From Bilabrum cf. latius (taxonomy: Eukaryota), in the NCBI GenBank assembly GCA_965178125.1, contig OZ237765.1, forward strand, positions 620,001 to 684,000: a DNA stretch of 64,000 nt, in the 5' to 3' direction. The notes beneath the pieces are model-generated. The model worked only from the letters and a program-made list of their open reading frames with translations. It was not told the origin of the DNA and made no database searches. Below, in pieces: positions 11,101-22,800 of the stretch. Position 1 is the first letter of the stretch; each line of letters opens with the position of its first letter. The position numbers were made by a program, and so were the translations under genes.

Positions 11101-14100
11101 GCAGCTGACTGGCCGAAGTCTCGTCTGCGCTGCCATTGGATGGCTCCAGCGCCATGTTGTTGGTGCTGGAAGATATGGGTCTCTTTCGTGACAGCTCCGA
11201 TGGTGGCATGGACTGCACTACGCTGGTGGGGTCTGCTCCAAAAGCAGATGAAGCCGGCCTGTTCCTAGGCGTTGACGCTTCGCTGCCTGCCTTGCCCCCC
11301 GAGTCTACATGGCCTTTTGGCGACTTCTCATGCTTGGCTGGCACGTCCTATTCGGCCTGGGCCTAATGTAGAGCATACGCTGGAGAAGACACGGTGCTTC
11401 TTAAGCTAGCAATGTGTCTCCAGGCCAAAACGTGCAGGCGACCGTGCTCTGGGATGGCGGCCACTTGCACGTGCCCCAGGACCACCACATCGCCCTGCGA
11501 TCCGCGCACTGGGATAAGCCCAACCTGGTGCAAATTCCGCATTGAATCAATATGTACCCGGTTTGCAAGCTCGCCGGACGTCGCTTCCGCTACTGCCGCA
11601 TGCCTGCTTCTGCTTCTCTTGACCGCGTGTCTGGGCTCTCCGCCAAGACCACTGCCGTTTGAGCTAGAGGCACTGCCGGGCCTTTTATGCAGATGCTTTG
11701 TAGAGCCTGCCTCTACAGCTGGACCTCCTGCACTTTCTGAGTGGCCATGTGCCCCGGAGGCGTCGTTCCTCGTGCCTTCACCTGCCCTGCCTTCTTCCTC
11801 GTCGTTCCTATGTCTGGTCCCGGTCCTGATCCTGTGCAGTCCGAGGCACTGGTACACATCGGACACGCCCGGCGTCGCAGCGATAGACTTGATTTGCTCC
11901 GTGCTCAGCTCTCGTTCTTCTTGGAACGATGCCTCCACGGATGGGAAGAACTGCGCCATGCTGATCACATCTGACTCTAGGTCTTCCGCATCCAGCCCAA
12001 GCAGCCGCAAGGAACCAGCCGATGCGGAATAGATCTGGAAGTTCTGCTGCGATCCACCGAAAAGCAAAAAGTTCTGCTCTGTCGCAATCTCGGATATTTC
12101 CGCGGTGAAGCGAGGCTCGGCCGTGACCTGATCCGGAGGTGCCTCGCTCACGGCCAGCCATATAGGCATGATGGCCCCTCCACGCCTACGCCCAAACAAC
12201 ATTCTGCTTTGACCAACTACCCTGCTTTTTTTGTTTTTCCTCTAAAATGCCCGCAGTAGCTTGTCGTGGACAGCGTCGATCGGGCTGGGGATGATCGTGC
12301 TGACGTTTTGTCCCACCAGCTGGTGGTGGGCGCACTGAAAAAGACGGCACGATGACTAGGAGGCATGGATAATCTCTCCCATGTTGGATGGCTTACCCGA
12401 GATGGTAATCGTGGCAGCAGATTCGTCGAATGAGGGCCTGTCCTGCTGCACCGCCCCGAAGCGCACGGATACGACTCGCTTGGACCTCTGCTTGCGAGCC
12501 TGCTCTTGCACGCGCTGGGCCTGATTGTGCAGCTCGTTGACTCTGGGCTAGTCTGCCCTGAAGTCAGACAGGTAGCTCGCGTACTGGTGCAGCAGCACCG
12601 CGTTGTCACGCTGGAAGCTGAAGAGCCGGCGATAGGCGCTATCCGTTCGCTCGATCGTGTCATGCAGCGTTACGCTCGTGTCCATCAGGTTTGCCAAGTC
12701 GGGGCTGTCCACGGTGAGCTGGGTAAACAGACGGACCAGCAGTCGGTACGCCACGACTCGCAGCTGGGCAGTCTCGCGGAGGGCAGAGTCGAACAGCACG
12801 CGGTCGAAAGAGCTGAGCCCGACTCCTTCCGTTTCCCGCATGTCCCTCACTCGCTGGGCGATGTAGTACCTCGAGTCGAGAGCGGGGGAGCACTTGAGCG
12901 CCTGCGACAGTGCAATGCACTCCCTGTACCGATACCGGCTGGTGGTCCGCTCGAAGATAGACAGCCCGATGAAGGCCTGCTCGTTGGTGGAGAACGTCTC
13001 CGCCGCGCCCTCGTACGCCCTGCGCGCCTCGTCTTCCAGGAGCTGTATCTCGGCCTTGAGTTGCTCAGCGGATAGGTGCTCGGCGTTCTGCAGGTGCACG
13101 CCACGGTAGTCTGCGCTGCCGATCATGGATCGAATCTGCGCTCTCCTCGCCGCCTGGCCAGTCGGCTGCCCCAGGGATTGCGCGGGCACGCTCTGACCGA
13201 CTGCGGGAGCGGGAGCGATGTCAGCTGACGCATCTTTGCTGCTTGAGCCTGTACCAAAATCACGAAAACTGCCCTAATGAGCAACCCTGCGCCTCCCAGA
13301 CATGCCTGGATCATTCAACTGACTGTCGACTTCGTTCGAACTCCAACGCGTGCGCGCTGCAGAGATGGTGTCCAGCCCTGCCTCCTCGCGCTCGCTCGTT
13401 GCTGAGGATCTCTCAGATACGGCTCGTTCCAGCATCTGCTTCAGGATGGCCCGCCGCTGCAGCCGCCGCCTTCCCCACAGGTGCATATCGCTCACCGAAG
13501 TGCACTTCTGCAGGGGCTGCTGACCCACTGCACTTAGCCGGCGACTGACCACGCTGAAGATCAGCAGCGCAGTGACAGGAACTCCGTACAGCACGCCCAT
13601 CGTGGCTGCCTCTGTGCTGGCGTACTGTGCCACGAGGAGGCTGGCCGCGGCAGTGGCGAATGCAGCCCCCGATGCAGCGAAGAACGCGTTGACGTCGCGG
13701 TGCGTGTAGGGTGCCCAGGTCGAGAACTGGTACACCTTGGCAATGCCAATGAACAGGAGCAGGAGGGTGAATCCCGTCGTGCCAACCACGAGGTCACCAA
13801 TGATGGCGTACGTGAACGAAAGCCCCAGCTTGAGCGCTACGTTGAGTACTGCAGCCCGTCCGGTGCTGATGGCCCCCCACGCCTGTGAATCCGGGCGGCG
13901 ATCGACGAAGATGGCCGCCACAAAGAGTGACAGAGCACTGAAGCCCAATATGAGTACAGAGAAAATTGTAGATAGTACCATGTGCGCCGGCGAGCCGCAC
14001 TCTATCGAAGTACGTAACCAGCTCTCGCTGTCGTCAGGACAGCTTGCCCCCCGCAGTAGAAATCCAGCCACGGGCAGGAATAGTACCCCTGTTGACGCCG

Positions 14101-14527
14101 AAGCTATCAATCGAAGCGAGTGGATGAGAAATGGAGTCTATGGAAGATCTAAAACAAAGTTCCGCGCAGCGTATACTGCCAGCCCGAGAAATCCGGCTAC
14201 GAACGACGCTGCGACTGACAACACCACGAGGTAGGCAGTTGGGTTCGTTTGGGGATCAAACGGCTGGCTGAGAAAACTAATGCTCGCAACAATAGGAGCG
14301 AATAGTCTGGTCTCTGTCCAAGGCAGCAAGGGAGAGTCGTTCATTACGAACGACAACGTCTGAGCTTCGGAAATGAATGCCATCATGGCGTACAGCCACC
14401 GAGAGTCGTCTTGAAGCTCCCGGCTAAACGTGAAGCCAAGTCCAAAGAGACCTTGCAGTGCGGCGTGGTACATGCGCTCTAGCACTGATTTTTCCGCGTC
14501 ATCGTGTCTGAGCTGATGCGATGTCAT
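8174..14527 (-). CDS. PAS-domain multi-pass membrane protein, TmcB/TmcC-like, ~2117 aa, single exon
   Basis: Runs from ATG 14527 to TGA 8176-8174 in one frame with 13 TAGs (14138, 13274, 12548, 12356, 12242, 11363, 11348, 9644, 9578, 9317, 8780, 8363, 8348). It has an N-terminal multi-TM block, a helical region (LLHQYASYLSD), a PAS domain (GEIIHAS*SSCRLFQCAHHQLVGQNVSTIIPSPIDAVHDKLL) and further TM pairs. It ends with RQMLVLLP, a motif I associate with this protist family. Confidence 0.85.
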
Positions 14528-14962
14528 CTTGGGTGCCTGCACTGTGATCGCCTGGTCGCTCACTGGTAAAAATGCTCCTCAGTGTGATCGGCGCCTTTTC
14601 TAATCCCTATCTCTTCAAAAGAGAAGCACCACTACCTAATTATTTGAGGATTTGAATATCGGCTGTGATTATCTTTCGTTGACTGAGAAAATGCGACACG
14701 TGCCAGGGGCCTTCTGCGGGCTGGTCCATTCGTTCCGCCGGTAATTGCGCGCGGCGCCGATTGCTCAGATCGTGGCCTGGTATTCCGGTTGAGAAAATGC
14801 TGGAGGGACAAGCAGAAAAGTTTCTAAAGATGGAGCGGATCTAACGTACTAAAGTGGTAGGTCAACAGTATCGACGACGATGAGTCAACGACCTCCTTAC
14901 ACAAATTTCATAATCTTGGATTTCAAAGCAGACACCAACACCAACTGCGACATTTATGTTTA

Positions 14963-17900
14963 TTATCGGGAAGCACCGGCCGGCGAGCCTCCCCCATCCA
15001 TGGCAGCTTGTGACTTCTTCTTGCGCGCCAGTAGCCGCGCAGCCCCAGTCAACCGCCTGGAGGGGGAGGCCTTGGCCGGCGAGGGCGACCCCGAAGCCGC
15101 AACACGACCCGCTGGAGACTGCTTCGACTTGCTTGGATCTCCCAGCCTGCTCTTGAGCACAGCCGCTGCCTCGGCCGCGAGACCCCTCTGCAGATTGGCA
15201 CCTCGGCCGCCGCTGCTGCTACTGCCCCCGAGCCCTCGCTTGATCGTGCCCCCGAACAGCTTTCCTCTCACCGTGCGCCGGCTGCGAGGAGGAGTCGGCT
15301 TCCTTCCGCCCGGGGTCGGGGGCGACACCCCGTTGCTACTGCCTGCCCTGGCGGCAGCCTGCAGCTCCCCTTTCTGCAGACGGATGGTCAGCTGCCTGCG
15401 GGCCGCGTCCACACCGCGCCTGAGCTCCTCTGCCATCCCCCTGCCCCTACCTCCTGCACCGACCTTGCCGCGGCCGCGCGGCCTGGGCGCCGGAGGGGAG
15501 CCGAGCTGGGGCGCGGGTGGCGTGGCGGTTCCGCTGGGCTCGCTGCCGCGGCGCCCCACGGCTTTCCGTGCACTGCCTGCAGCGGCGACACCCGGGGACA
15601 AACCCAGTGCGGGCGACTCTAGAGATCCATCGTCGTCGTCGCCACCGTTGCCATGCATGGCAACCTGCGCCCCGAACGCATCCTCGTCTGCAACAGATTG
15701 CGCGTGCAGTGTCAGTTTCTGCCGCAGCGTGCCCGAGGCAGCGAGCCGCTTGGCTCTATCCTGCCTCTTCTTCTTGCCCGCTCGTAGAGCCTTGGCTCGC
15801 TTCCGCGCTTTAGCTGCGGATGCGTCAACTTTTGTGCCCTTCGCAGCAGACCCGGGATTCCCTCCGGATGATGCAGCTGCAGCGGCTTCCGCCGCCTTTT
15901 TCCGCTTCTTCATCTCCCGCTCTCTTGCGCTTGCCAGCTCCTGTCCGAAACTCGCCAGCATCCGCACTGCAGCAAGGGGGTCTCTTTCCAGCGTCTTGTC
16001 GGCGAATCGAGAGCTGAGCGCCTTGAGGGCCTCCAGCGCCTCGTCCAGCGAACCCTTGACCCCGGCAAGAGCCTTCTCGGCAGCCTCAATGAACGGGATG
16101 CCTGCGGTCTTCAGGCGGTCGGCCGGGCGAGGGGGCCCATCCACTGCCCCGCCTTGATCCGCCTCATCCTCCTCCTTCGCACCCCCGATCCCACCCCTGG
16201 CAGCGCTTGCCTTCCGCACAGCCCCCGCAACTCCCCTGACGTCGCCCTCGAGCTGCTGCATGACTGCCTCCAAATCGTCCAGGTGGATCCGGGACGCCTC
16301 CACCACCACCTCAAGATCTTCCGGCAGTGCGATGCACCCTGCAGCTTGGAGTAGCTCGCCCCCGGGGGACACGAGGATGGCCTGCTCCTGCGCGCCTTGC
16401 GCCGGAGGAGGTTTTGACCCTTCCGGCAGCATGCCCGTTGCTGGGCTTGCGCTCGCCCGGGCGATCACATCTAACACGGACACCTTGGCACCGTCCAGTC
16501 CACCCGTGGTTTTCGTCGACCTGAGTTTCTCCAGTGCTCCTAGCTTGAAACCGCGGGCCTGTCCGCGGGAGGTACCTGCGTTCATCCTGTTGCCCGCGAA
16601 GAGGACCAGCCTCAGGACGGCAGGCAGCGACTTGCTGAGCCGGATGGCCCGCGCAGCCGCAGCCAGGGTGTCGACCTGTTCCCGCAGAGGAGCCAGCACC
16701 GGGTCTGCGTCGCCGCTCGGTGGCTCGGGGAGGCTGTCTGGCGGCAGGTCCGCCGACAGTCTGCGGGCTAGCTGCATCAGCTGCACCCGCTTGTGCGCTT
16801 GGGGCACTGACATGGTTTCCACCACGAATCGCTCCACCTCTCCTAGTCGAGTGGGATGGTGTTCCGGGCCCCCCTGTCCCAACCACTCCGTCACCTGCTC
16901 CTGCTCTTCCAGCGTTCCCAGCAAGGGGCCCAGCAGTTCCAGCTGCTCGTCCGATATACCCTGGCACTGCAGCAACCTATCCCTAGCCTGAATCGGTGTC
17001 AGCTTCAGTCGATGCAGAGCGATCTTTGCGTTCTGCTGCCTCTGCTGCGAGAACAGCGTCACCTTCTCGACTTTGGCGGCGCTGGAGCGCGAGCTGACGG
17101 ACGCGGCATCCGAGCCCGCGCCGCTGGCGGCACCCGACGGCGTTGCCTTGCTCCCGGGTGTCTTCACCTTTTTCGCGGCACTTGCTTTCTTCTTGAAGGC
17201 CTCGTCAAACCATTGCACGGGCAGCTCGTCACCTTTTTCCTGAATCTCCGGCCAGATGCTGCCCTCCGCCACGGCTTGCCTGTCGGTGATTTTCATCCAG
17301 TGGAATGGCTACATCTTGTGGGCGGGCTTGGGCTTGGGTGCGGCCTTCGGGGCGATTTTCCCGGCGGCTCCGGGGCGCGCACCACCACCGCCTCGGGGTC
17401 CTGGCCTGGCGCCCCCGGGGCCTGGCCGCGCCCTGGGTCCTGGGCGAGCAGCTCCCGGCCCGGGTCTCGGGCGAGGCCCCGGTCGGCTAGCCCCTGGTCC
17501 AGGCCTCCCGCCACGTGGTCCCGGCCTGCTAGCTCCTGGTCCTGGGCGAGCTCGGGGTCCAGGTCTCCCGGCTCCAGGCCCCGGTCGGGCCGTGCCAGGG
17601 CCAGGCCGAGCGGTGGGCCGCGGCCTTCCCGGCCTGCCCGGGCCTGCTGCTCCTGGACCAGGCCTAGGTCTGGGTCGAGCAGGTCCTGGCAGCACCGCAG
17701 CACTTGGGGTGCCTCCGGTAGCGGAAGCGGCTGCGGTGTTGTGGTTGGCAGCCTGCTGTGCCTGTTCCCTGGCTTCATCCCGCTCCTTTCTGGCCTAGAT
17801 GGCGGCTTTCTTGGCCGACTCCGCGGCTGCCTCCGCCTCTGCCAGCTCTGCTTGCACCTGCTCCGTCCGCTTGGCTAGCCGCTTGGCTTCCTGTAGCTGC

Positions 17901-19459
17901 TCCCTAAGCGATTCCAGCTCTGTGCGCGCCTGCGATAAAGCAGTGGCGTCGTTACTTGTTGCAACACCAGCCTTTGACGGCACGACACTCGTAGAAGTTG
18001 TGCTAGCACCGCCATTGGCTGCAGCCCGCCTGAGCGAAGCGTTCTCTTCCTGCAACCGTCGGATCGCAGAGAGTTCGTCCAAAGAAACCGATGGGATCGA
18101 GCCGTCCTCCTCCTCCAAATCACCACCCAACTAGCCGCTCCCACCAATACCGCCGTCGCTGCTGCTGCTGGAAGATGCCCCGCCAGCCCCCATGACAGCG
18201 CCGTGCACAGCCTTTTGGACGCCCCCCCACAGCCTTTCGCTCACCTGGCCCTGGCCCCTTGGGATGGCCATGAGCAGGTGCAGCACGCTCAGCAACCGCT
18301 GGATCTGCTTACACTCCGCCGCACCGCTGAGAACCTACGTGAAGGCAGCCTGCGGTGAGCCCGCCTCCCGTCCCGCTGATCGCATGACCTCCTGCTGATC
18401 CCTTGCCCTGGCTCTGTCGAAGGCCTCTGTCTGCTCCACGACCTGAGCAAGGGCGGAGGAGAGATCGCCGGCGCTTCCATGCCCCTCCTCGTCGTCTCCA
18501 TCGTCTTCGCCCTCCCATTCAACGCTACCCGCCGCTGAGCCAGCCCCGTCGTCATCCCCATCCTCGTCTATCTCCCCCAGCACGGCCAATGCCAGGTCCG
18601 CCCCTTCCACCAGGCCTTCCTGCGCGGCCCGGATGCCCGCCAGGTCCAGCTGGGAGCGTACCTCCACCCGGTCCTGCAGCCCGTGGGGAGCCGCGCGCAC
18701 CAGCGTGTAAACGAGGGAGAACACGGCGGCGCGGGCTCGCCAGTGTGACGAGTGAGACAGCTGCCACTCCTTGGCGGCCGCTTCGAGGTCCCGGGACCGA
18801 TACCCGGTGGGCACGCGCCCGTCGGCGATCTCTTTCGTTTCATCCATTTCGCGCCTGGGCACTGCCATGGCTCGGATGAGAGAGGCCAGCGGCGCTCTGG
18901 ATGCAGGATCAGATGTGAGGGCTGGGGCAGCAGCCGGCGGGGTCGCTCGACCTGCAGCTGATTCGTCGCTCTCGCTGTCGGAGTCCTGTTCCTTGGCGGC
19001 GCCGCGGAGACCCATTCGTGCAAGCAAGGCATCTGCTGCGGCCTCATCATCGTCTTCTTCTTCTTGGTCTGCCCCCGTGTCAGCCTCGGCAAGCGCCTCG
19101 AGACCGAGCAGCGCGTGCGAGTGGAACCCCGGCATAGCCGCCACAACGCCCACAGCGTCCGCGCCTAGTCTCCTAACGTTCGCGTTGGGAGATCGGAGAC
19201 ACAGGGCAAAGGCGTCCACTGCATCTTGGCAGTCGGCCATAGCGACCAACGCCTCCTGGCTGCGATCGCTTGCCTGCCTAAGGCCTCGCAAGAACGAAAT
19301 CACGGCGCTCTGCTCGTCAAGAATGGTGGATCCCGCTGCAAGCTACAAATCAACGGAAGCAGCGCTGATAACCACACTCGCGTTGTCCGGCGCCGTGGCC
19401 AATTTTTCTGTGCAGTCGTTCAGTCGTTGAGCTACGGCTGCACTGGCATGAGATACCAT
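14963..19459 (-). CDS. Formin (N-terminal helical/FH3-like region, coiled coil, Pro/Gly/Arg-rich FH1-position segment, FH2), ~1498 aa
   Basis: Runs from ATG 19459 to TAA 14965-14963 with TAG at 19343, 18335, 18131, 17795 and 17309. FH2 motifs: KM*PFHWMKI...SIW, QRQQNAKIAL, LVLFAGNRMNAGTSRGQARGFKLGALEKLRSTKT. Confidence 0.92.
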
Positions 19460-19870
19460 AGCTGGACTACGTAGTCCCGTACGGGCCTCTCAGCGTGCTT
19501 AAACCTATTCAAATAGTATCCAATACAATAGACTACAATTGTCACAACAATAAACGAGAAATACGAGGTAGTTTCCCCTTGGCCAATTTTTCTGTGTAGT
19601 TGCGTGCACTTAGGTGCCGACAAATCTTGAGCAACCCAATTCATCCATAACAACGGCCCCACAAATAGATAAAAGGTTCAGTATGGACCCCTTGGGCCTT
19701 CAATAGGATAGTAGACTAGTTAGAGGTGGCATTCTTGACGAGGTGAGCAACAAAACAGCGTTTGTGGACCACTGGACGGCAGTGCTAATCTGCTAGTTCG
19801 ATGCTGCACTCCACAGGCTCTTCCGACTAACCGACTCGCATTCACTATTGCAACTCTGTATCATAGAGAA

Positions 19871-22800
19871 ATGCATGACCGTCTCAGTTGCGTCCCTGCA
19901 CAGTGCTTGAATTCATCGCCGCAGGTGCTGGGCATTCTGAATGGGTCTAGGACCATTGCACCTCAGCAAGCAAAAGTTGGAGGATCAAACGATGCAGGAA
20001 GTACTGCAGTAGGACGCCTTCCTACGTCTAGTTCGCATCCCGATTCCTTGGCCACTATGGGAAGCGGGGGTAGCGACCGCCGCGGCGATGCTACCTCCGC
20101 ACGAGCGAGCAGGGCAGAGGGGCAGCCAGTCGCCATGGGGTCGTTTCGCAGGCCAGTTCTCTCCGCTGCATCTCATGGCTCTGCCGGATCAGGAAGCGCC
20201 GGCCTAGTAGCTGCCTCGATGGGTCGAGCAGGTGCTCGCTCCGTCGGATTGCTCACCCCGTCTGCCTCCGCCGGGCTGCCTGACAGCTCTGCGTATGGAT
20301 CCGAGGTAGACCCTGACATGACGGCGATACAGGCTGCGGCTGGCGCTGGAATTGTGGCCGGCTCAATGGGCGATGGAGAGCAGTTGCGACCGGGCAGCGC
20401 ACAGGAACATAGCCGCCGAGGTTTGGGTGCCGCGCAGCAAGGCAGTGCACCCAGGCTGCCGTCCCCACCGCCCCGGCACTCGTCATTTCGGGGTGACAGC
20501 ACATCCAACGCGGGCACGCATGTGCGCAACCGGTCTCAATCCATTCAACTAGGAGCCAGCGGTGGTCTGTGCGGAAGCGCTGCAAGCAGCCCCGCCGGTG
20601 CCAGGGGGTTACAACCGCTACAGGGACGGGGATAGACACGAGCTGGCGATCCCAGCAACGCTCACCGCAGGGAGCACAGCGCTGGCGGCACCCTTGACGC
20701 GCAATCCCCCGCGGGTGGGTCAGCAGGCCGAGCGAGGCCGCGCGCCAGCACCGACACGCCCTAGGGACTCGGAATGGTAAGACCGTTTCCGGCGTCCGGC
20801 AGAAGCTCCGCAAATGCGCGGCGCCTCCCGGCACAGTCGCCCCCTGTTCTTGCCGGCTCAGTCGCGGTAGGAAACAGCGTCCAAGGGAGGCGAGCCACGG
20901 CAGCTCTCGTGCCTGGCATGGGCGGAGGACCGCTGGAATCGTCGGGGTAGCACCCCTCGGGCACCGGTTCCCAGCAGCAATCGATGCAGCGGAAGTCCGT
21001 CCAGCTTGAAGGGAGGTACATGGGGTCCTCGACGAGGAGCCTGGCCATGGGTCGAGGGGGCGGGGGGCGTGAAGGGAGGGCGGGAAGCGGCAGTGGTAGC
21101 GGCAGCAGCGGGCACGGCGTGGGCAGCCTGGGTGCTGGCGGCGCCGCGCAATCCCGGGGAGGTTCCGCGAGGCGAAGGGGCGTGCTGCCTATCGTGCCGT
21201 TACGAGAGATCGCCGCGCTCTCGACGATGCATCGCATGGTGGCGCGGCTGGACCGCAGCAGCAGCAAGGAGGAGGACCAGGACTAGGGCTAGCATGGAGG
21301 CTCTGGTTCCGGTGCAGGACGCGAGCTCATCACACGGCCCGGTGACCCCAGCCCGGATGCGGCGCGGCGCCACGCACTGAGTCTGTGGGCCCGCGGGTGT
21401 GTGGCTCGCGCCGGGATCAGCCGAGTCCCATCGCTGGATGTGGAGGGCATGCCTAGGATCGGACCAGTGGAGTCCTGGCAGCTCGCGATGGGAGCCGTGC
21501 CTAGCGTTCCGACGGGGGAGCAAGGGGAAGCGGGGGCGGTCGCCCGAGGATCGGATTAGTCCAGCGGTGAATCCGATGTAGGACCTCGCTTGGACACCCG
21601 CCCTCCCATCACGGACATCGTCCTGATTCCTGCAGGGCCGGGGGCCGGCCACGCGCATCGCCGTGGAGTGGCAGGCGCGGGCGCTCCAGCTGGAGGTGAA
21701 GGCACCGCAGAAAGCATGGCTGGCGGCGTGGACGAGGTGGTTGCGTGGGGGATTGTGGCGGTCGGCAGCGATGCCGTCGTCGCTGACCTGTCGCTAGGCG
21801 GCAGTGCAGATCCTGAGAAGACCCGCGGCGGTCGCCGGAGTCATGCCACCTCAAACAGCCACTCTTCTCTGCTGCTTGGCATATGCAGGGATTGGACGAG
21901 GCCGCCCGTGACCGGAATCGCGCTGCTGGATCTTGACGCCGGCGATTTCATGCCTCCTGGGTTCGAGGCGGTGTGCGCCCTCGGGTCGGGCACACCGGTC
22001 GTGGTTGGTGGGGCCGGAACCGTCACGGGTAGCAGCACAAGCGGTCACCGCCAGGGTGCAAGGGGCAGACGGGCCAGTCAATCCGCTGGGGAACAAGGAG
22101 GCAGACCGCTGTACCTCTGCAAGGTGCACGGGAACGGGGCTCCTCTCATGGACGTCGGGGTGCTCATGGTGGGGACGCACCACCCCATGGTGGACAGTGC
22201 CGCGGTTGCTTCAAGCGAGGCGCTGCCGCCCTGCGTGCGGCACATACCCGAGTCCTACCTGCCCTATCGGGCACCCCGCTCGAGCAGCAGCAGCGGCGCG
22301 GGGCCGGACGGAGCGCGGCCCAGCCAGGTGGAGCTGCCCTCTGGATGGGCCATGCTGGGGTCAACCTACACAGGTGCTGCGGCGCAGCTGGTCAGCGGAA
22401 CCGGGGATGCGCGGCGGCGCGCCTACCTGTGCTACCGCAAGGACCTTTCGCATGTCAGGAGCCTGGCGCTCCGCAGCTCACAGGATGCAGCGCACGATAG
22501 TGCAAGCGCCGCGACGGCGTCCAGGGGCGGGAAGCGAGCCGAGCGGTTGGGCGGGGCCAGGGCCATGTGGCTGGCCGGTGCATCCGCGCCCAGGATTCTC
22601 ACTTGCTTCCGAACGGATCCAGTGTCTGCCAGCGCAACCGTTCTATCCTGTCCCTGCAGCGCAGCAGACGGGCCTGGTGCAGCTGCGCGGCTGGCTACCC
22701 CGAAGTCGACCGTGACCACGCCCACGGCTGGCAGTGCGCTCACGGGCGCGACGCCAGGGATCGGGCTGGGGTTAGGGACCGCACCCACAGAGTTCAACTC

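Noticed and set aside
8174-14527. Tiny in-frame introns hiding each TAG
   Set aside because: Most TAGs lack a suitable nearby GT donor, and conserved motifs such as PAS and DPH6 are continuous across them. The introns actually inferred here are ~90-170 bp with clear GTRAG-type donors.
14963-14965. Standard ciliate-type code (UAA and UAG both Gln)
   Set aside because: TAA ends the formin (14963) and the 6931..7991 gene just before AT-rich non-coding sequence, and never occurs inside intact genes.
14880-16157. Long antisense or alternate-frame ORFs in the track (e.g. 14880..16157 +, 31180..32757 -, 35503..36729 +, 56190..57377 -)
   Set aside because: These are shadows of GC-rich coding sequence on the opposite strand, with no recognisable domains.
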